Shown here one piece after another: positions 45,613 through 46,692 of a stretch of 46,692 nucleotides of DNA. A program made the translations under genes and the position numbers. Below the pieces are notes generated by a model. It made no database searches. It saw only the letters and a program-made list of their open reading frames with translations, and had not been told where the DNA came from. Positions within the stretch are counted from its first letter, which is position 1. Every line of letters starts with the position of its first letter. Location of the stretch: the sequence record DRR378314_695. One strand, written 5' to 3'.

Positions 45613-45894
45613 ATGACAATCTCACATGAGAGCTCAGAAAAAGTTCACTATATCTGCCAGACATATGTCGAACAGAAGCCAGGACGCGGAGGGCAAGGAA
45701 GCCTGAAAATAGGCAAGCAATTTGAGTACTCCACGGCAGTGGAGGCACAGAACAGAGCAGAAAGAGAAGCGCAATCCGACGATTGCGCGGGCGCCGACGC
45801 CTACATGGTCAGTGAGGATCCGAACAGTGGCGAAGTCGGGTCGCCAAGTTTCCTCATTCGGCTTGGCAACGTCCCGGAATTTGATGAGTTTTAG
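45613..45894 (+). CDS. Hypothetical protein
   Basis: AAGGA RBS; 93 aa with AGADAY..DPNSGE..P..L.R.G.VP pattern. Confidence 0.65.
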   Translation: MTISHESSEKVHYICQTYVEQKPGRGGQGSLKIGKQFEYSTAVEAQNRAEREAQSDDCAGADAYMVSEDPNSGEVGSPSFLIRLGNVPEFDEF

Positions 45895-45970
45895 ATATTT
45901 AACTGGCTTTCGCTTTACACTCTAGTTGCACCTCGAATGCGGCACGACCTCGACCGAAAGCTCTTTTATT

Positions 45971-46447
45971 GGTGTTGTCACGTTAACTGTCGCTCGGTTG
46001 CCCATGATATGATTTGGACGTAGGTGACATCGATGAACTCATCGTCCATCATCTACAAGCGCCACCGATTTCCCTCTCAGATCATTATCCACGCGGTGAG
46101 GCTTTATGTTCGCTTCAATTTGAGCCTGCGTGAAGTTGAAGAGATGTCGCTGCAGCGCGGGATCGATGCCTCTTGCGAGACTATCAGGCGTCGGGTGACC
46201 AAGTTCGGACCGCTGATTGTTCGAAACTTGCAACGACGACAGGGACGTCAAGGCGACGTCCGGCACCTCGATGAGGTTGTCGTCAGAATCTCCGGTCGCA
46301 AGTATTGGCTTTGGCGCGCAGTCGATCAACATGGCGTGGTGCTGGACGAATTACTGCAACCGAAACGGGACAAACGGGCCGCAAAACGGCTGTTGCGCCG
46401 CCTGATGAAGCGTCTTGGTTTCATTCCCAAGCGGGTCGTCGCGGACA
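45971..46447 (+). mobile_element. Partial IS6-family insertion sequence (left end + truncated transposase)
   Basis: GGTGTTGTCACGTT at 45971 resembles IS6 GG..(T)GT termini; followed by the transposase 5' half; no right IR found. Confidence 0.75.
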
Positions 46448-46473
46448 CCGGCCCTGCATTTGTTTCCAGATAG
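46033..46473 (+). pseudogene. IS6 family transposase, 3'-truncated
   Basis: YKRHRFP, SLREVEE, RGID..ETIRR, HLDEV, WLWRAVDQHG, KRDKRAAKR; similarity stops at RVVAD, so the third DDE residue is missing. Confidence 0.88.
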
Positions 46474-46610
46474 TGGTAGATTTCTTCGATTTCGCATCTT
46501 CTCTGGTTCGCCTCCCAATTAGATTTGAACTTTCTAATCACCAGTACATGTTGTACGTGGAAAGGGTTCTGATGGAATCGACATCCCCTGATCTCTCAGG
46601 ACAGAAAAAA

Positions 46611-46644
46611 ACTTCGCAACAGAGCCTTAACACTTCGCAACAGA
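46611..46644. repeat. 13-bp direct repeat ACTTCGCAACAGA x2, 21-bp period
   Basis: Exact copies at 46611-46623 and 46632-46644. Confidence 0.7.
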
Positions 46645-46692
46645 ACTCGTTCAGTGGCCCAGAATCTGGCTCAGGAACAGTTTGGTCCGTTC

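Noticed and set aside
1-46692. CRISPR array, rRNA or tRNA genes
   Set aside because: No regularly spaced repeat-spacer series and no recognisable structural RNA gene were seen

Overview
This is an accessory catabolic region, probably from a marine Rhodobacteraceae/Roseobacter-type alphaproteobacterium (inferred from gene content). It is a chain of regulator-led modules separated by decayed mobile or defence DNA. (1) 79-7301: GntR, TRAP, a DEH-reductase-like SDR, kdgF, kdgK and uxuA, for uronate/alginate-monomer use. (2) 7612-18473: dienelactone hydrolase, matB, matA, GntR and YciI, divergent from an FAH hydrolase, a RutE-like nitroreductase, OsmC, TRAP and an intradiol dioxygenase; inferred ring cleavage to pyruvate + malonate. 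(3) 18744-19230: a frameshifted type III restriction-subunit relic and an att-like end. (4) 19386-34317: GntR, three Gfo/Idh/MocA oxidoreductases, TRAP, a QuiC-like fusion whose dehydratase site appears eroded, a citryl-CoA-lyase-like protein, a stand-alone AUDH-like cupin, a TIM-barrel isomerase/dehydratase, a CoA-acylating ALDH and a ThDP enzyme, with a repeated AAAATATCAGATATTTT palindrome. This is the best candidate for an undescribed pathway (non-aromatic quinate/cyclitol ring opening). (5) IclR, a DAD-family cupin dioxygenase, an SDR and a truncated aminotransferase. (6) GntR, an M24-fold protein lacking metal ligands, and a CN-hydrolase. (7) An integrase relic, a Cys-repeat secreted protein, DUF1611 with a PLP racemase, small hypotheticals and a truncated IS6. 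No rRNA, tRNA or CRISPR array was seen. All family calls come from motif recognition by eye; no database searches were run.
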